Below are positions 16,770-25,381 of a stretch of 29,434 bases of DNA, in pieces. The position numbers were made by a program, and so were the translations under genes. The notes under the pieces were generated by a model. That model saw only the letters and a program-made list of their open reading frames with translations. It was not told where the DNA came from and searched no databases. Each line of letters starts with the position of its first letter. Within the stretch, counting starts at the first letter, position 1. The stretch spans positions 1-29,434 of IMG/VR virus record IMGVR_UViG_3300045135_002643. One strand, given 5' to 3'. The DNA is from a virus (Duplodnaviria > Caudoviricetes).

Positions 16770-17415
16770 ATTCTTTTTTCGTATCAATCAAAAGCTGTAT
16801 ATGATTGTCTCTATGTTCACGAAAAACAATTGGTTCGTGATCGTCTACATCCATAATAATAACTGTATTTGTAATTGGCATACCTGTACGTTCTTCCCAC
16901 ATAACAGCATATCCTGCCATCTGTGCAAAGTAGTTTGGTATCTTGTCGTGCTTCTTTGGTCGTTTGGATGTTTTAAAATCTATAATAGAGGGAACACCAT
17001 CGAATAAAGCGATGCAGTCACACCGACCAGCCAGCCCAAGATAACGGCTATAAAGAGGTACCTCAAGACCATATATCGTAGTAATATGTTCATCAAGTAG
17101 AGGACGAAGCGTTGCGAGGCTTTGTCGAATATGCGGTAGAAAGTCTGTAATATCTTCATTGAGTAAATACTTTTCAATTATGTTATGTACCTGTGTGCCA
17201 CGAGCTGCAGCACGATTTCCTATTTTATTAGCTTCAGCATCACCTACACGTTTACGCCATGCAGCAAGCGATTCTTCATTTAAGATACTGAGTACTGTTG
17301 TAATGCTAGGATACCGATTGCCATCAGGATCAATGTAAGTCCTACCAGACGGCTGTGTATCAGCAACCAAGTCATCATAACCAAGATCAATTGTTTCATG
17401 GATAAACTCTTTCAT
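16741..17415 (-). CDS. PD-(D/E)xK exonuclease
   Basis: YPSITTVL, RGTQVH, E, AGRCD, IIDFKTS and QMAGYA motifs. Confidence 0.9.
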   Translation of the reverse strand: MKEFIHETIDLGYDDLVADTQPSGRTYIDPDGNRYPSITTVLSILNEESLAAWRKRVGDAEANKIGNRAAARGTQVHNIIEKYLLNEDITDFLPHIRQSLATLRPLLDEHITTIYGLEVPLYSRYLGLAGRCDCIALFDGVPSIIDFKTSKRPKKHDKIPNYFAQMAGYAVMWEERTGMPITNTVIIMDVDDHEPIVFREHRDNHIQLLIDTKKEYDRRQLFGH

Positions 17416-17639
17416 AGCTTAATAGTATTACCCCGGCCAGAAGTTTTCTTTATTTGACCAAGTCTGTCTTTGAATCCATCTGGAACTTTACTATGTAAAT
17501 TACCAACACCTGATACAAATTTAGGTGTTGATAATACTAGTTCGACTTCATCGCTTAATCTTTTTTTCATTTCCTCGTACGTACAAAGAACTTGCCAAGT
17601 TTCATCTGTTCTTTTATTACGCAGCATATAGGTCGGCAT
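17412..17639 (-). CDS. FmdB-like small protein
   Basis: MPTY start and PDGFKDRL...IKK motif, as seen in T4-like phages. Confidence 0.7.
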   Translation of the reverse strand: MPTYMLRNKRTDETWQVLCTYEEMKKRLSDEVELVLSTPKFVSGVGNLHSKVPDGFKDRLGQIKKTSGRGNTIKL

Positions 17640-18198
17640 ATTGGAACCACTCCGGTACTGGTCGCTTTGTCCATACCATGGGAAAGCGATATTGTTTTGT
17701 TTGGTAGAATGCACGATAAGATTTAACTGGGTCATCGAACATACATTCTGGATTTGCTTTCATAGCAAGCTTAAATGGCGTCATAGGACCTTTCGGAATA
17801 TTACGTGGTGGCGATTGTATCTGCCAAAGCAATTCTCTTTCAGTTTTATGAATTTTGCCATATCTATATGTATATTCGTTAGCAAGTGCTTTCATGTGTT
17901 CCCAGTGCCAGCGATAGTTTGAATCCGATTCCATAGACCACTTTGTACAAGGATGACCAACATGAACTGCCTTGTAGTATAGCAATTCTGCTTCTAGGTC
18001 ATCTGCACCTTCGTAGAGATCCCAGTATTTCACCATTGTCTTACCAGACTTAGATGGCCGTCGGGTAAGCTTACCATCTAGTACACGATGTGCTGTTGAT
18101 AGCATTTGACCCGATTCGACGAGCATTTTAGGTACATGTTTATCGCACTGTTGAATAGCAGCTTCGATAGGGTCTGTTGATAATACAAATATATTCAT
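17617..18198 (-). CDS. pyrimidine-dimer DNA glycosylase / endonuclease V-like
   Basis: MNIFVL..DP, DKHVPKM.VESGQMLS, HPCTKW, EYTYRYGK.H and SYRAFY motifs. Confidence 0.8.
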   Translation of the reverse strand: MNIFVLSTDPIEAAIQQCDKHVPKMLVESGQMLSTAHRVLDGKLTRRPSKSGKTMVKYWDLYEGADDLEAELLYYKAVHVGHPCTKWSMESDSNYRWHWEHMKALANEYTYRYGKIHKTERELLWQIQSPPRNIPKGPMTPFKLAMKANPECMFDDPVKSYRAFYQTKQYRFPMVWTKRPVPEWFQYADLYAA

Positions 18199-18230
18199 GG
18201 ATGATTCCTCTGCCTTTTTAATACTTAAAT

Positions 18231-18259
18231 ATTATACCGTATGGGCGCTGGTTTGTAAA
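18231..18259 (-). promoter_or_regulatory. early promoter copy 5
   Basis: TTTACA (18254-18259), 17 bp, TATAAT (18231-18236); no G-tract. Confidence 0.75.
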
Positions 18260-18281
18260 TCATTATTTTTTCTTTTAAATT

Positions 18282-18310
18282 AAAAATCAGGGAGACGAAC
18301 TCCCTGATTT
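18282..18310 (-). terminator. intrinsic terminator
   Basis: 11-bp stem AAATCAGGGAG/CTCCCTGATTT with a 5-nt loop, running into a U-rich tract on the minus strand. Confidence 0.8.
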
Positions 18311-18347
18311 CTATTATGTTAGGAACTGCGTTAGGATTGGGTACGGT

Positions 18348-18440
18348 CTATCTACCGCCAGGGGGTATAATTATATACGATTTTAGTTTCTCTGGTCTGC
18401 CCATTGTTATAAGTGTTTTTAATAACTGAGCTAATACCAT
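18348..18440 (-). CDS. 30-aa peptide, not in ORF track
   Basis: GGAGA RBS 7 nt before ATG; MVLAQLLKTLITMGRPEKLKSYIIIPPGGR. Confidence 0.5.
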   Translation of the reverse strand: MVLAQLLKTLITMGRPEKLKSYIIIPPGGR

Positions 18441-18452
18441 GTGCGTTTCTCC

Positions 18453-18484
18453 AAAAAAAAGAGCGTACTATAATTAGCACACTC
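18453..18484 (-). terminator. intrinsic terminator
   Basis: GAGUGUGCUA-AUUA-UAGUACGCUC stem followed by U8. Confidence 0.85.
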
Positions 18485-18521
18485 CGGTTAGGTGTTAAAG
18501 TTTAAAGAATTGAATACCGAA

Positions 18522-18938
18522 TTAAGCTTCGAGTAATCCAGGGAACGCCTCCTTTACAATTTCTTCTGTAAGCCCTTTCGGTACCTTCTTGTTGATCATA
18601 CCAATAACAAGCTTTGCATCCTCAGGATGAATGCCTTCTATCAAACCGATAAAGATATTTTCTCTTTTAAATGGTGGCATTTGTTCGCCCACACCATTCT
18701 TTACAAAATATCTAAACTTTTTATTTTCTCTAAGTAGATTGGATGGATGATTATGGATTTGTGAAGGTGTATAAGGCGGATCACCTTCTGGGATAAGCCA
18801 TTCGATTTTACTATCCATCGAGCCTTTGATAATATCTTTCAAAGCCCAAGTTTCGTTTTGTTTTAGGATTTGGATTCTATCGGCTTTCTTCTTTTGAGAA
18901 CCAACCTCATGTAAAACTTCATAAACAAATTTCGCCAT
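18522..18938 (-). CDS. conserved T4-like hypothetical protein (DUF6433-like)
   Basis: LIPEGDPPY, KRENIFIGLIEGIHPEDA and VKEAFP motifs; TAATG-coupled to rnh. Confidence 0.8.
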   Translation of the reverse strand: MAKFVYEVLHEVGSQKKKADRIQILKQNETWALKDIIKGSMDSKIEWLIPEGDPPYTPSQIHNHPSNLLRENKKFRYFVKNGVGEQMPPFKRENIFIGLIEGIHPEDAKLVIGMINKKVPKGLTEEIVKEAFPGLLEA

Positions 18939-19789
18939 TAAATAAACTCCGTTACGCTTTCAATTAAGCGATTCATTTTCTTTGATACAAGGTATGGGAA
19001 TACTTTGCCTTTGTTACCCCATGGATCTTGTTCCATAAAATTATTTATAATATTTTGTTTTAAAGAACTTGGGGTTTTTGATAAATCAATCAGTGTTTCA
19101 TTGCGACAATAATTCCTATACCAAGAAGCAGCATAAAGTAATTCGCCATCGCTTAGATCTTGAAGAATAGCTTCTTTCTTTTTCTTTGAAAGAGGTGTTT
19201 GTCTACGACCTTCAATAAGTGTATCATCGTCGGATAGTACGTTTGGTACGCCATCGCCAGTGTCGCCTTGAAGAATCTTAAGCTTCAGGTTTTGACGGGG
19301 ATGACCTTCTTCAACAAGCTTTTTTGTAAGTGGTGACCACTGACTTACATTGTCGTACTTTTGTAATTGTTTAAAGTCACCATCTGCAGATACAATCATA
19401 ATTGGTTCGAAGTTACCGAACTCTTGGCTATTTTCTACAAGTGTACCAATAATGTCGTCTGCTTCACACTGATCCATATGGACCACTTTATATGGAAAGT
19501 TATCACGTATCTCTTCACGTAAGCTATTCAGAATACGGAATGCTTCATTCCAATCGAAAGTAGACTCTTGCCGGCTTTTCCTACGTACGCCTTTGTATTG
19601 GGGAAAGTATTCTTTACGCCAGTTATTCGGGCCATCGCATGCAAGAACCATTTGTCCGTAATCTTCTTTGAACTTTTGGTTGTACATACGAAGAGAATTG
19701 AGAGTCATATGACGAATCATACGTTCGTCATTCTCTTTGTTAATAAGGATGGTGGCAAGACAAATGCCACTGAAGTCAACAAGTATCAT
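18938..19789 (-). CDS. rnh: T4-type RNase H (5'-3' exonuclease)
   Basis: ILVD, D..NNWRKEYFPQYK, EADDII, SADGDFKQL and GDTGDGVPN motifs. Confidence 0.93.
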   Translation of the reverse strand: MILVDFSGICLATILINKENDERMIRHMTLNSLRMYNQKFKEDYGQMVLACDGPNNWRKEYFPQYKGVRRKSRQESTFDWNEAFRILNSLREEIRDNFPYKVVHMDQCEADDIIGTLVENSQEFGNFEPIMIVSADGDFKQLQKYDNVSQWSPLTKKLVEEGHPRQNLKLKILQGDTGDGVPNVLSDDDTLIEGRRQTPLSKKKKEAILQDLSDGELLYAASWYRNYCRNETLIDLSKTPSSLKQNIINNFMEQDPWGNKGKVFPYLVSKKMNRLIESVTEFI

Positions 19790-19791
19790 AA

Positions 19792-20010
19792 TTAGGCCTT
19801 TACTGGTTCGATGTATTCTTCGGGAAAGTCGTAGGTCTTACAGAACTGAAGTAGGTTTTCAAATGTTCCGTAGAATTCATAAATTGAGTTTCCGCCGCCA
19901 GGACCAATGAGTGTTATAAGTTTGGCGGCAATGTCAAACTTAAGTGTATCTTTGATGATTTCTTCGAATGGGCAACCGGCTGCGATGTCAAGTTGGATTG
20001 TATGGGTCAT
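19792..20010 (-). CDS. hypothetical early protein
   Basis: First gene after promoter copy 6; GPGGGN motif. Confidence 0.75.
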   Translation of the reverse strand: MTHTIQLDIAAGCPFEEIIKDTLKFDIAAKLITLIGPGGGNSIYEFYGTFENLLQFCKTYDFPEEYIEPVKA

Positions 20011-20016
20011 AGGTAT

Positions 20017-20077
20017 ATCTCCTCTTTTCCTATTGTGTTATAATTATACCACAGGATGCCAGGAATGTAAACCCCCT
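20017..20077 (-). promoter_or_regulatory. early promoter plus RBS module, copy 6
   Basis: GGGGG-TTTACA (20066-20071), 17 bp, TATAAT (20043-20048); 18-bp RBS block identical to copies 1 and 2. Confidence 0.85.
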
Positions 20078-20505
20078 TATTCTTTTACTTTGAAATTTTC
20101 CTTCAGTCGCGATACGTGGTTTGCATGTATCTTACATCCAATAAATTCATTATAGTATTGATCAGAAAGAAGTACGTCAAATGTAAATTGTAGCTTTGCT
20201 TCCATATAAGACATTTCACCTTTTGTCTTACACAAATGTAAGATCTCTCTTTTAAATCCCTTTTCGCCTTTTGATTCTAGTAAATCTTTGACACGGGCAT
20301 TCGATCCATAGTATTTCTGCCAGTCAGATTCTACTATAGTTCTTTTTCTTCTTTTACGAGTTTTGGTTACAGGAAGTATTTTTGGTTTCCAAAAGTTCTT
20401 TTTACCAATATACATTTTACCTGTATCAAGTTCTGTTATACGATATACAAACCCCTGATATTCTCCAGGCGTACTATATTCACTATCTTTATAATACCAA
20501 GTCAT
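20077..20505 (-). CDS. GIY-YIG nuclease family protein
   Basis: GFVYRI...YIGKK, YYGS, FKREIL, E and YYN motifs; start MTWYY follows AATAAATA. Confidence 0.8.
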   Translation of the reverse strand: MTWYYKDSEYSTPGEYQGFVYRITELDTGKMYIGKKNFWKPKILPVTKTRKRRKRTIVESDWQKYYGSNARVKDLLESKGEKGFKREILHLCKTKGEMSYMEAKLQFTFDVLLSDQYYNEFIGCKIHANHVSRLKENFKVKE

Positions 20506-20513
20506 AAAGATAT

Positions 20514-20669
20514 TTATTCGTCTTCTAAATACCCATATTCTGAATTGTTGAGTACTGGTATAGCCCTGCGTCCACACATCGGACAAAAGTCTGGCGGATC
20601 ATATGCATGTACAACACTTCCCATACCGCATATATCGCAGTCTATTTCAAATTCATCCAGCTCATCCAT
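20514..20669 (-). CDS. acidic CxxC/CxxC zinc-ribbon or rubredoxin-like protein (51 aa), not in ORF track
   Basis: MDELDEFEIDCDICGMGSVVHAYDPPDFCPMCGRR...; overlaps the DUF1289 stop. Confidence 0.75.
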   Translation of the reverse strand: MDELDEFEIDCDICGMGSVVHAYDPPDFCPMCGRRAIPVLNNSEYGYLEDE

Positions 20670-20865
20670 TCGATAACCTTTCTAGTATTTCTAACTTACG
20701 AGTATCGGTTGCATAAAACCATTCACGTATTTCGTCTTGGGTTCTATTGCAACCAATACACTTTCCGTTATTTATAGTACAAACCTGTATACAAGGCGAA
20801 GGAACATTAGAAGTCGATTTCACACGCTCCGCCCGCACACGCGGCCGCCGCGAGCGTGTCGACAT
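20662..20865 (-). CDS. DUF1289 family Cys-rich protein
   Basis: SPCIQVC...CIGCNRT.DEI..W signature. Confidence 0.85.
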   Translation of the reverse strand: MSTRSRRPRVRAERVKSTSNVPSPCIQVCTINNGKCIGCNRTQDEIREWFYATDTRKLEILERLSNG

Positions 20866-23023
20866 CTACATATTTCTTTGCTGTTAAATCGTTTTTCCAT
20901 TCGATTGGTTTGAGATTTTTTTGGATCTTATTCCATTTGTGTAGAAGGAATGCGTCTTTTAAACAGTGTTCAGCTTTGACCGAATCACCACCTAAATAGT
21001 TATCAGCAAAGTTATTGAACCTACGAACCCAATCTTGTTTCATTGCATTATCTGATGATTCCAAAGATAGGTCTTCACCAAAGCCTCTTGCTGTTGAGCA
21101 AGCAGTCCATAGATTATCGAAACACTTGAGAGCATCAACTACCATACCAGATGCAAAGACTGCAGCAGTATCGTATTGTTTTACCATATCTTTTGCTGTA
21201 ATGACTGCTGTATTTGGTGCCTGGTTATAGTCTTTATCACCAGACATTGGAAGGAAAGAAATACCTGCAAATGAATGTCTATTTTCAAATACGTATTTTT
21301 CTACTTCGTCCCAGTCATCTACAATAATTGTATTTGATACGTTATGACGGATACCTTTATCTGCACAAAGATCTTCATTTGTACCAGCATTGACCCAGTG
21401 CTTTTGTGCTTTAGCAACAAGCTCAAGATGTTTTACACCAATGAGATCATCTTTATAAATTGATTCTTCATGTGGAATAATTGGAAACGAAACAACAACG
21501 TCTGTACCACCTGCTGACCATACAGATTCTTCAACCATGTATGGATTTGAACTCATAATTGCCTGTGTAATTTCAGACTCTTTGTTCATCTGCACGTTGC
21601 GGATATACATGGAAGAATGTTCTGCGTGTATACCTGAAGCAGTTTGGAGGAGTACTGATGCATTGCCACTAGGCTTAACACAAGTAGTACGAGCAGCAGG
21701 ATTGATGCCCAAGATAGCTGCCAATTCTTTATTAACTTCTTTAACAATCTTTGCTCCCTTTTCAAGGATCTTATCATTGAACAAAATACCGGGATTATTC
21801 ATCCATCCAGTAATAGAAACTCCAAGCAGGGCTTCTCGATCAAAGATCTTCTTAGAAGTATCTGAGAGAAATTTGAAGTCAGTGTACCCTGCCTGGAGTG
21901 TACCGAGGATAGACGCTGCTCTACAGGCCTGATAGAAGTCTTCCGCGGTATTGCACATTCCCCCATTAATTTCTGTCAAGTTACAACCTTGCCAACCTGA
22001 TTTCTTACCAAGTTTAGGATACATACCAATCTCAACACATGGATTGGTTGTATGCTCGGTTGATTCAACAAAGACAAAACCTGGCTCACCAAACTGTTTA
22101 ACAGATTCCATAATCTTGCCAAACTGTTCAGCAGTTGTTTTATCTCTTACAATGACGGCAGAGTTGTTTGATCTACCGCGCTGGGGATTATCCATAAACC
22201 AGTTACCGGTTTTTGCATTCATCATTTCTTCGTCATCCGGTGAGAAGAGACAGATAGTTGCTGAACGTCTTACGCCGCCGGAGAGTACGGCGTCTGCTGC
22301 GTGCATACAAATATCATATGCGTTAATCGGTTTAATTGGTACTGGTTCTTTGGAGTCAAGTACAATACCTTGAAGTAGGTGTTCGATTTTGTCGAGTGAT
22401 CGACGTAAGCCTTCTGGACCTGGTGCTTTAAATCCACCTGAGATCTTTGCACCTTTTGGTCGAATCTGTGATAGGTCAAAGAATACTCTACGACCTGCGA
22501 ACTCTGGATATTTACCACCGTCCACAAAGTATGAAGCCATTAGTACATCAAGTGCTGATGCCCAACCTTCAATCGAGTCTTCTACAACATAACCCTTTGC
22601 TTGTTTTGTTCTTGGTTGGATTTTCGGTAATTTCTTAACGTGATGTTTCTGTACAGAGAAACCTGCACCGGCACCACAGAGAAGAATATAAAATACTTCA
22701 CCAAAAAATTCTGGTCTGTCTACATAAGAGGATGTACAATTATACATTCTCATTTGGTGTTTCAATAATTGTTCACCACCGAATTGCAAAGCACGTTGTG
22801 CACCAAGTACTCTTTGTTCTTTATATGCCTTTCTGGCTTCTTCAAAATATTCAGCTAATTTATTATTACTATTCTTATAGTAATTTTCATGCATTCCAAT
22901 AACACGATCTACTGCTTCATCCCAAGATTCATATCGGCTTTCATCTTCTTTATAACGGGAGTAGCCTTCGTAGAATTTAGTTTCCGACAAAAACTTCCTT
23001 GTGTCAACAATTGCTGTTGCCAT
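20807..23023 (-). CDS. nrdJ: ribonucleotide reductase, monomeric class II (AdoCbl-dependent RTPR) type
   Basis: YNC, SGGVRRSA, SNNS, NPCVEI, CNLTEIN, TTCVKPSG and C-terminal CAGGAC; no beta subunit in the window. Confidence 0.85.
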   Translation of the reverse strand: MATAIVDTRKFLSETKFYEGYSRYKEDESRYESWDEAVDRVIGMHENYYKNSNNKLAEYFEEARKAYKEQRVLGAQRALQFGGEQLLKHQMRMYNCTSSYVDRPEFFGEVFYILLCGAGAGFSVQKHHVKKLPKIQPRTKQAKGYVVEDSIEGWASALDVLMASYFVDGGKYPEFAGRRVFFDLSQIRPKGAKISGGFKAPGPEGLRRSLDKIEHLLQGIVLDSKEPVPIKPINAYDICMHAADAVLSGGVRRSATICLFSPDDEEMMNAKTGNWFMDNPQRGRSNNSAVIVRDKTTAEQFGKIMESVKQFGEPGFVFVESTEHTTNPCVEIGMYPKLGKKSGWQGCNLTEINGGMCNTAEDFYQACRAASILGTLQAGYTDFKFLSDTSKKIFDREALLGVSITGWMNNPGILFNDKILEKGAKIVKEVNKELAAILGINPAARTTCVKPSGNASVLLQTASGIHAEHSSMYIRNVQMNKESEITQAIMSSNPYMVEESVWSAGGTDVVVSFPIIPHEESIYKDDLIGVKHLELVAKAQKHWVNAGTNEDLCADKGIRHNVSNTIIVDDWDEVEKYVFENRHSFAGISFLPMSGDKDYNQAPNTAVITAKDMVKQYDTAAVFASGMVVDALKCFDNLWTACSTARGFGEDLSLESSDNAMKQDWVRRFNNFADNYLGGDSVKAEHCLKDAFLLHKWNKIQKNLKPIEWKNDLTAKKYVDVDTLAAAACAGGACEIDF

Positions 23024-23050
23024 TCTACTTACCTCTTATAATTGATTTCT

Positions 23051-23097
23051 TATTTAGTTGTAGTATTATATATCATTCCGGGGTTTTTGTAAACCCC
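23051..23097 (-). promoter_or_regulatory. early promoter copy 7 with hairpin, plus a late-like motif
   Basis: TTTACA (23088-23093), 17 bp, TATAAT (23065-23070); GGGGTTT/AAACCCC inverted repeat; ACTAAATA at 23051-23058. Confidence 0.75.
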
Positions 23098-23112
23098 AGT
23101 TTGATAATAATT

Positions 23113-23310
23113 TTAGAAATATTTTTCTAACATTTCAATGCGATCGTTCGCTGCAGCCATCTTATCAAGTTCTTCTTGGATAGCTTCTACAATATCGCTA
23201 TGTTCGCCGATACCTACACTTTGATTCATATAAACCATAATATTTGTTTTGGCTCTTTCAAGCTCACCTTCAGCATGCATACGTGCTGCTTTTTTAAGTT
23301 GTTCTTCCAT
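23113..23310 (-). CDS. conserved hypothetical protein
   Basis: GAGG RBS; VGIGEHSDIVEAI..ELDKMA motif. Confidence 0.8.
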   Translation of the reverse strand: MEEQLKKAARMHAEGELERAKTNIMVYMNQSVGIGEHSDIVEAIQEELDKMAAANDRIEMLEKYF

Positions 23311-23572
23311 TTTCTAATTCCTCAATTCGCTTTTCTAATTCATCTATTTTTTTAGTAACGTATGGATATTTTTTTCTCCATGCGTCAGTTGGTTGTTCAA
23401 ACCAAGTCCAACCCCATCTTTCGACAAGGTAATCAAGTGTTTGGTCCAATTTGGCATAACACCATAATCCAGCACGTGTATCTTTAAAGTATGCTAGAAA
23501 TGCTGCACCAAGTAGTGAACCTCCTATAGCTGTATATATCCATAATGTATCTTCAAACATTCTTTCGATCAT
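23294..23572 (-). CDS. small membrane protein
   Basis: N-terminal hydrophobic helix, C-terminal coiled coil, GGAGG RBS. Confidence 0.75.
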   Translation of the reverse strand: MIERMFEDTLWIYTAIGGSLLGAAFLAYFKDTRAGLWCYAKLDQTLDYLVERWGWTWFEQPTDAWRKKYPYVTKKIDELEKRIEELENGRTT

Positions 23573-24286
23573 TTAACCCTCCTTGACAGTATAGTCAACA
23601 TAGTTGGGCATACCATGATCCTTTACACCGTCAAGAAGTCCAGAGCGCCATCCTCTGAATTTGTCTTTAATTCTCTGCCAAAGAGTCATTTTTCTGATTT
23701 TTCCGTAATGGTTAATATATACCAAATTCCCATGATGTTTATAACCCATAAGAGCAAGAGGAACAGTAGTAACAACATCGTTATTGTTTACAAACCTCCA
23801 GTGTTTTGTTTTAATTCCTTTAACGAAAGATCTTGTTCCGGCTCTTGGTGAACCGAAAGTATATAATTCTTCGACTGTCCTAAATTCTTCTATGCGGGAG
23901 GTACAGATAGTTGCCATTGCAGCTCCTAGAGAATGCCCACATACATAAAGTTTTTTATCGTTATGTTCACTTGCCATTGGTTCTATATGTGACCAAAGTT
24001 TATCTAATTCACCACGGAATCCGGAATGTACCCATCCATCTGTCATGGATTTTCTTGGGAGTGCGTTCAGGTCGGCAAGTACGTCTGATAGTTCGGTTGG
24101 TTCCGTTCCCCTAAAACAAATACCTATATTATCTTTATTCCAAACAACATGACACTGTGCTCCATTGTTTTCTAGGAAGATATGGCTTGTCCAGCCTAAC
24201 TTTTCATATTCTTTCTTTGCTTCATCACCATCTTTGTAGGCAATATCTGCCATCCTAGCGTACTTATTCGCTCTCTCCAGTTCCAT
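23573..24286 (-). CDS. class 3 lipase (alpha/beta hydrolase)
   Basis: FRGT, VHSGF, GHSLG nucleophile elbow, TFGSPR, DVV and C-terminal H. Confidence 0.92.
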   Translation of the reverse strand: MELERANKYARMADIAYKDGDEAKKEYEKLGWTSHIFLENNGAQCHVVWNKDNIGICFRGTEPTELSDVLADLNALPRKSMTDGWVHSGFRGELDKLWSHIEPMASEHNDKKLYVCGHSLGAAMATICTSRIEEFRTVEELYTFGSPRAGTRSFVKGIKTKHWRFVNNNDVVTTVPLALMGYKHHGNLVYINHYGKIRKMTLWQRIKDKFRGWRSGLLDGVKDHGMPNYVDYTVKEG

Positions 24287-24683
24287 CTTCCTTTTTCTCC
24301 TCAGGCTTTACTGCTTCTTCATAGTAAACAATAATCTGGGTTTGCTGATTGATATATCTTCTCAAGTCAGCAATATTCAAAGCAAGGTTTTCGTAATCTT
24401 TCATGCTCAAAACGACAAAAGCAACTTCACCATACTGTTCTTCATAATCATTAAGAAATTGTTCTAACGTTTCTTTTGTTACTACACGTACACGCGTATC
24501 AATTAGCTGGAGCGGCTTCGGTCTCGCTACTACTGGTACTGTTGTCTTCTCCACCTTGACTACCGTCTTGATCTCCGGTTCCGGCGGTCTCCCGCTGCAG
24601 CCAGTCAGGAAGAGGAGACTGACTGCCAGAGCTGTTGCCAGTGTCTTCCATGAAGCCACGCCATAGTTTTGCTGTTGCGCCAT
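24264..24683 (-). CDS. o-spanin-like lipoprotein
   Basis: Lipobox LLFLTGC followed by a Pro-rich segment; 5' end embedded out of frame in the upstream coiled-coil gene. Confidence 0.75.
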   Translation of the reverse strand: MAQQQNYGVASWKTLATALAVSLLFLTGCSGRPPEPEIKTVVKVEKTTVPVVARPKPLQLIDTRVRVVTKETLEQFLNDYEEQYGEVAFVVLSMKDYENLALNIADLRRYINQQTQIIVYYEEAVKPEEKKEDGTGESE

Positions 24684-25008
24684 TCATCTTTCCTTCTAAT
24701 ACCTGGGCATCCTTTAGCGCCTCGACTACGAGATTCATTCTACTTAACTTACCTCGTAATTCATCGCCATAAGCTTCTGCCTTTTGTAAATCTTGTTGTA
24801 ACCGATTATTCAATTTTCCCATCTTTGCAACATCAGCTCTTAGAGTATCTACACTTGCATTTGCTGTTTGTACAGCAACTTCTAACTGTGCGTTGTTTTC
24901 TCTTAGCGTGGCAATGCGTTGTTGGGTGTCATTATAATACCAGTAACCGACAGCTCCGAACGATGCTATTAGACCGGCTATCATCAATGCCATGTAAATT
25001 TTAATCAT
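24499..25008 (-). CDS. i-spanin-like membrane-anchored coiled-coil protein
   Basis: N-terminal TM helix and long coiled coil; overlaps the lipoprotein gene by 185 nt. Confidence 0.75.
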   Translation of the reverse strand: MIKIYMALMIAGLIASFGAVGYWYYNDTQQRIATLRENNAQLEVAVQTANASVDTLRADVAKMGKLNNRLQQDLQKAEAYGDELRGKLSRMNLVVEALKDAQVLEGKMNGATAKLWRGFMEDTGNSSGSQSPLPDWLQRETAGTGDQDGSQGGEDNSTSSSETEAAPAN

Positions 25009-25381
25009 TTTGTGGTTCTATAAACTTTGCAAATCTTTTGAGTACTGCAGGCCTTTTCTTTTTTCTTTTATCCTGCGTTATAGTTGTTCCAAACTTAGGA
25101 CCCATAACAGTATCAGCTGGACTTGGTATCGATGCAGTACTAACTGCTGGTGCATCTTCTGGAAGATCCAATGTCTTTGGATAGCCCTTTTCACCAGGCT
25201 TTAGTTTGGGTTTACCAGCTGCTCTACGTTTACGAATATTATCCCAAATATTTGGGTGACTAGATTCACCTTTTGCTCTTGCGATTGCATCAGGAGTAGG
25301 TGCACCTTTCTCACCTTTCTTCCTCATCTTCTCGCCTCTTTTCCTTTTGGCATGTATATTTGCCCATAGTCCTGGTTTCAT
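25001..25381 (-). CDS. basic repeat protein (possible capsid-internal protein)
   Basis: Two copies of W.NI..+R..G...K.GEKG.P. Confidence 0.7.
   Translation of the reverse strand: MKPGLWANIHAKRKRGEKMRKKGEKGAPTPDAIARAKGESSHPNIWDNIRKRRAAGKPKLKPGEKGYPKTLDLPEDAPAVSTASIPSPADTVMGPKFGTTITQDKRKKKRPAVLKRFAKFIEPQND

Noticed and set aside
16741-17415. Cas4-like nuclease as evidence of a CRISPR system
   Set aside because: It is a standalone PD-(D/E)xK exonuclease without the Cas4 Cys cluster, and no cas genes or array are present
19042-20776. Additional intragenic TATAAATA matches at 19042 and 20769
   Set aside because: They lie inside coding sequence of an AT-rich genome and cannot be distinguished from chance
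20077-23023. Intron or intein in the RNR mobilised by the GIY-YIG protein
   Set aside because: The RNR ORF is continuous and of normal length; the GIY-YIG gene is free-standing and lacks an obvious long DNA-binding tail
766-23097. Repeats considered as a CRISPR array, att sites or IS ends
   Set aside because: They are dispersed kilobases apart with promoter geometry; there are no spacers, integrase or transposase
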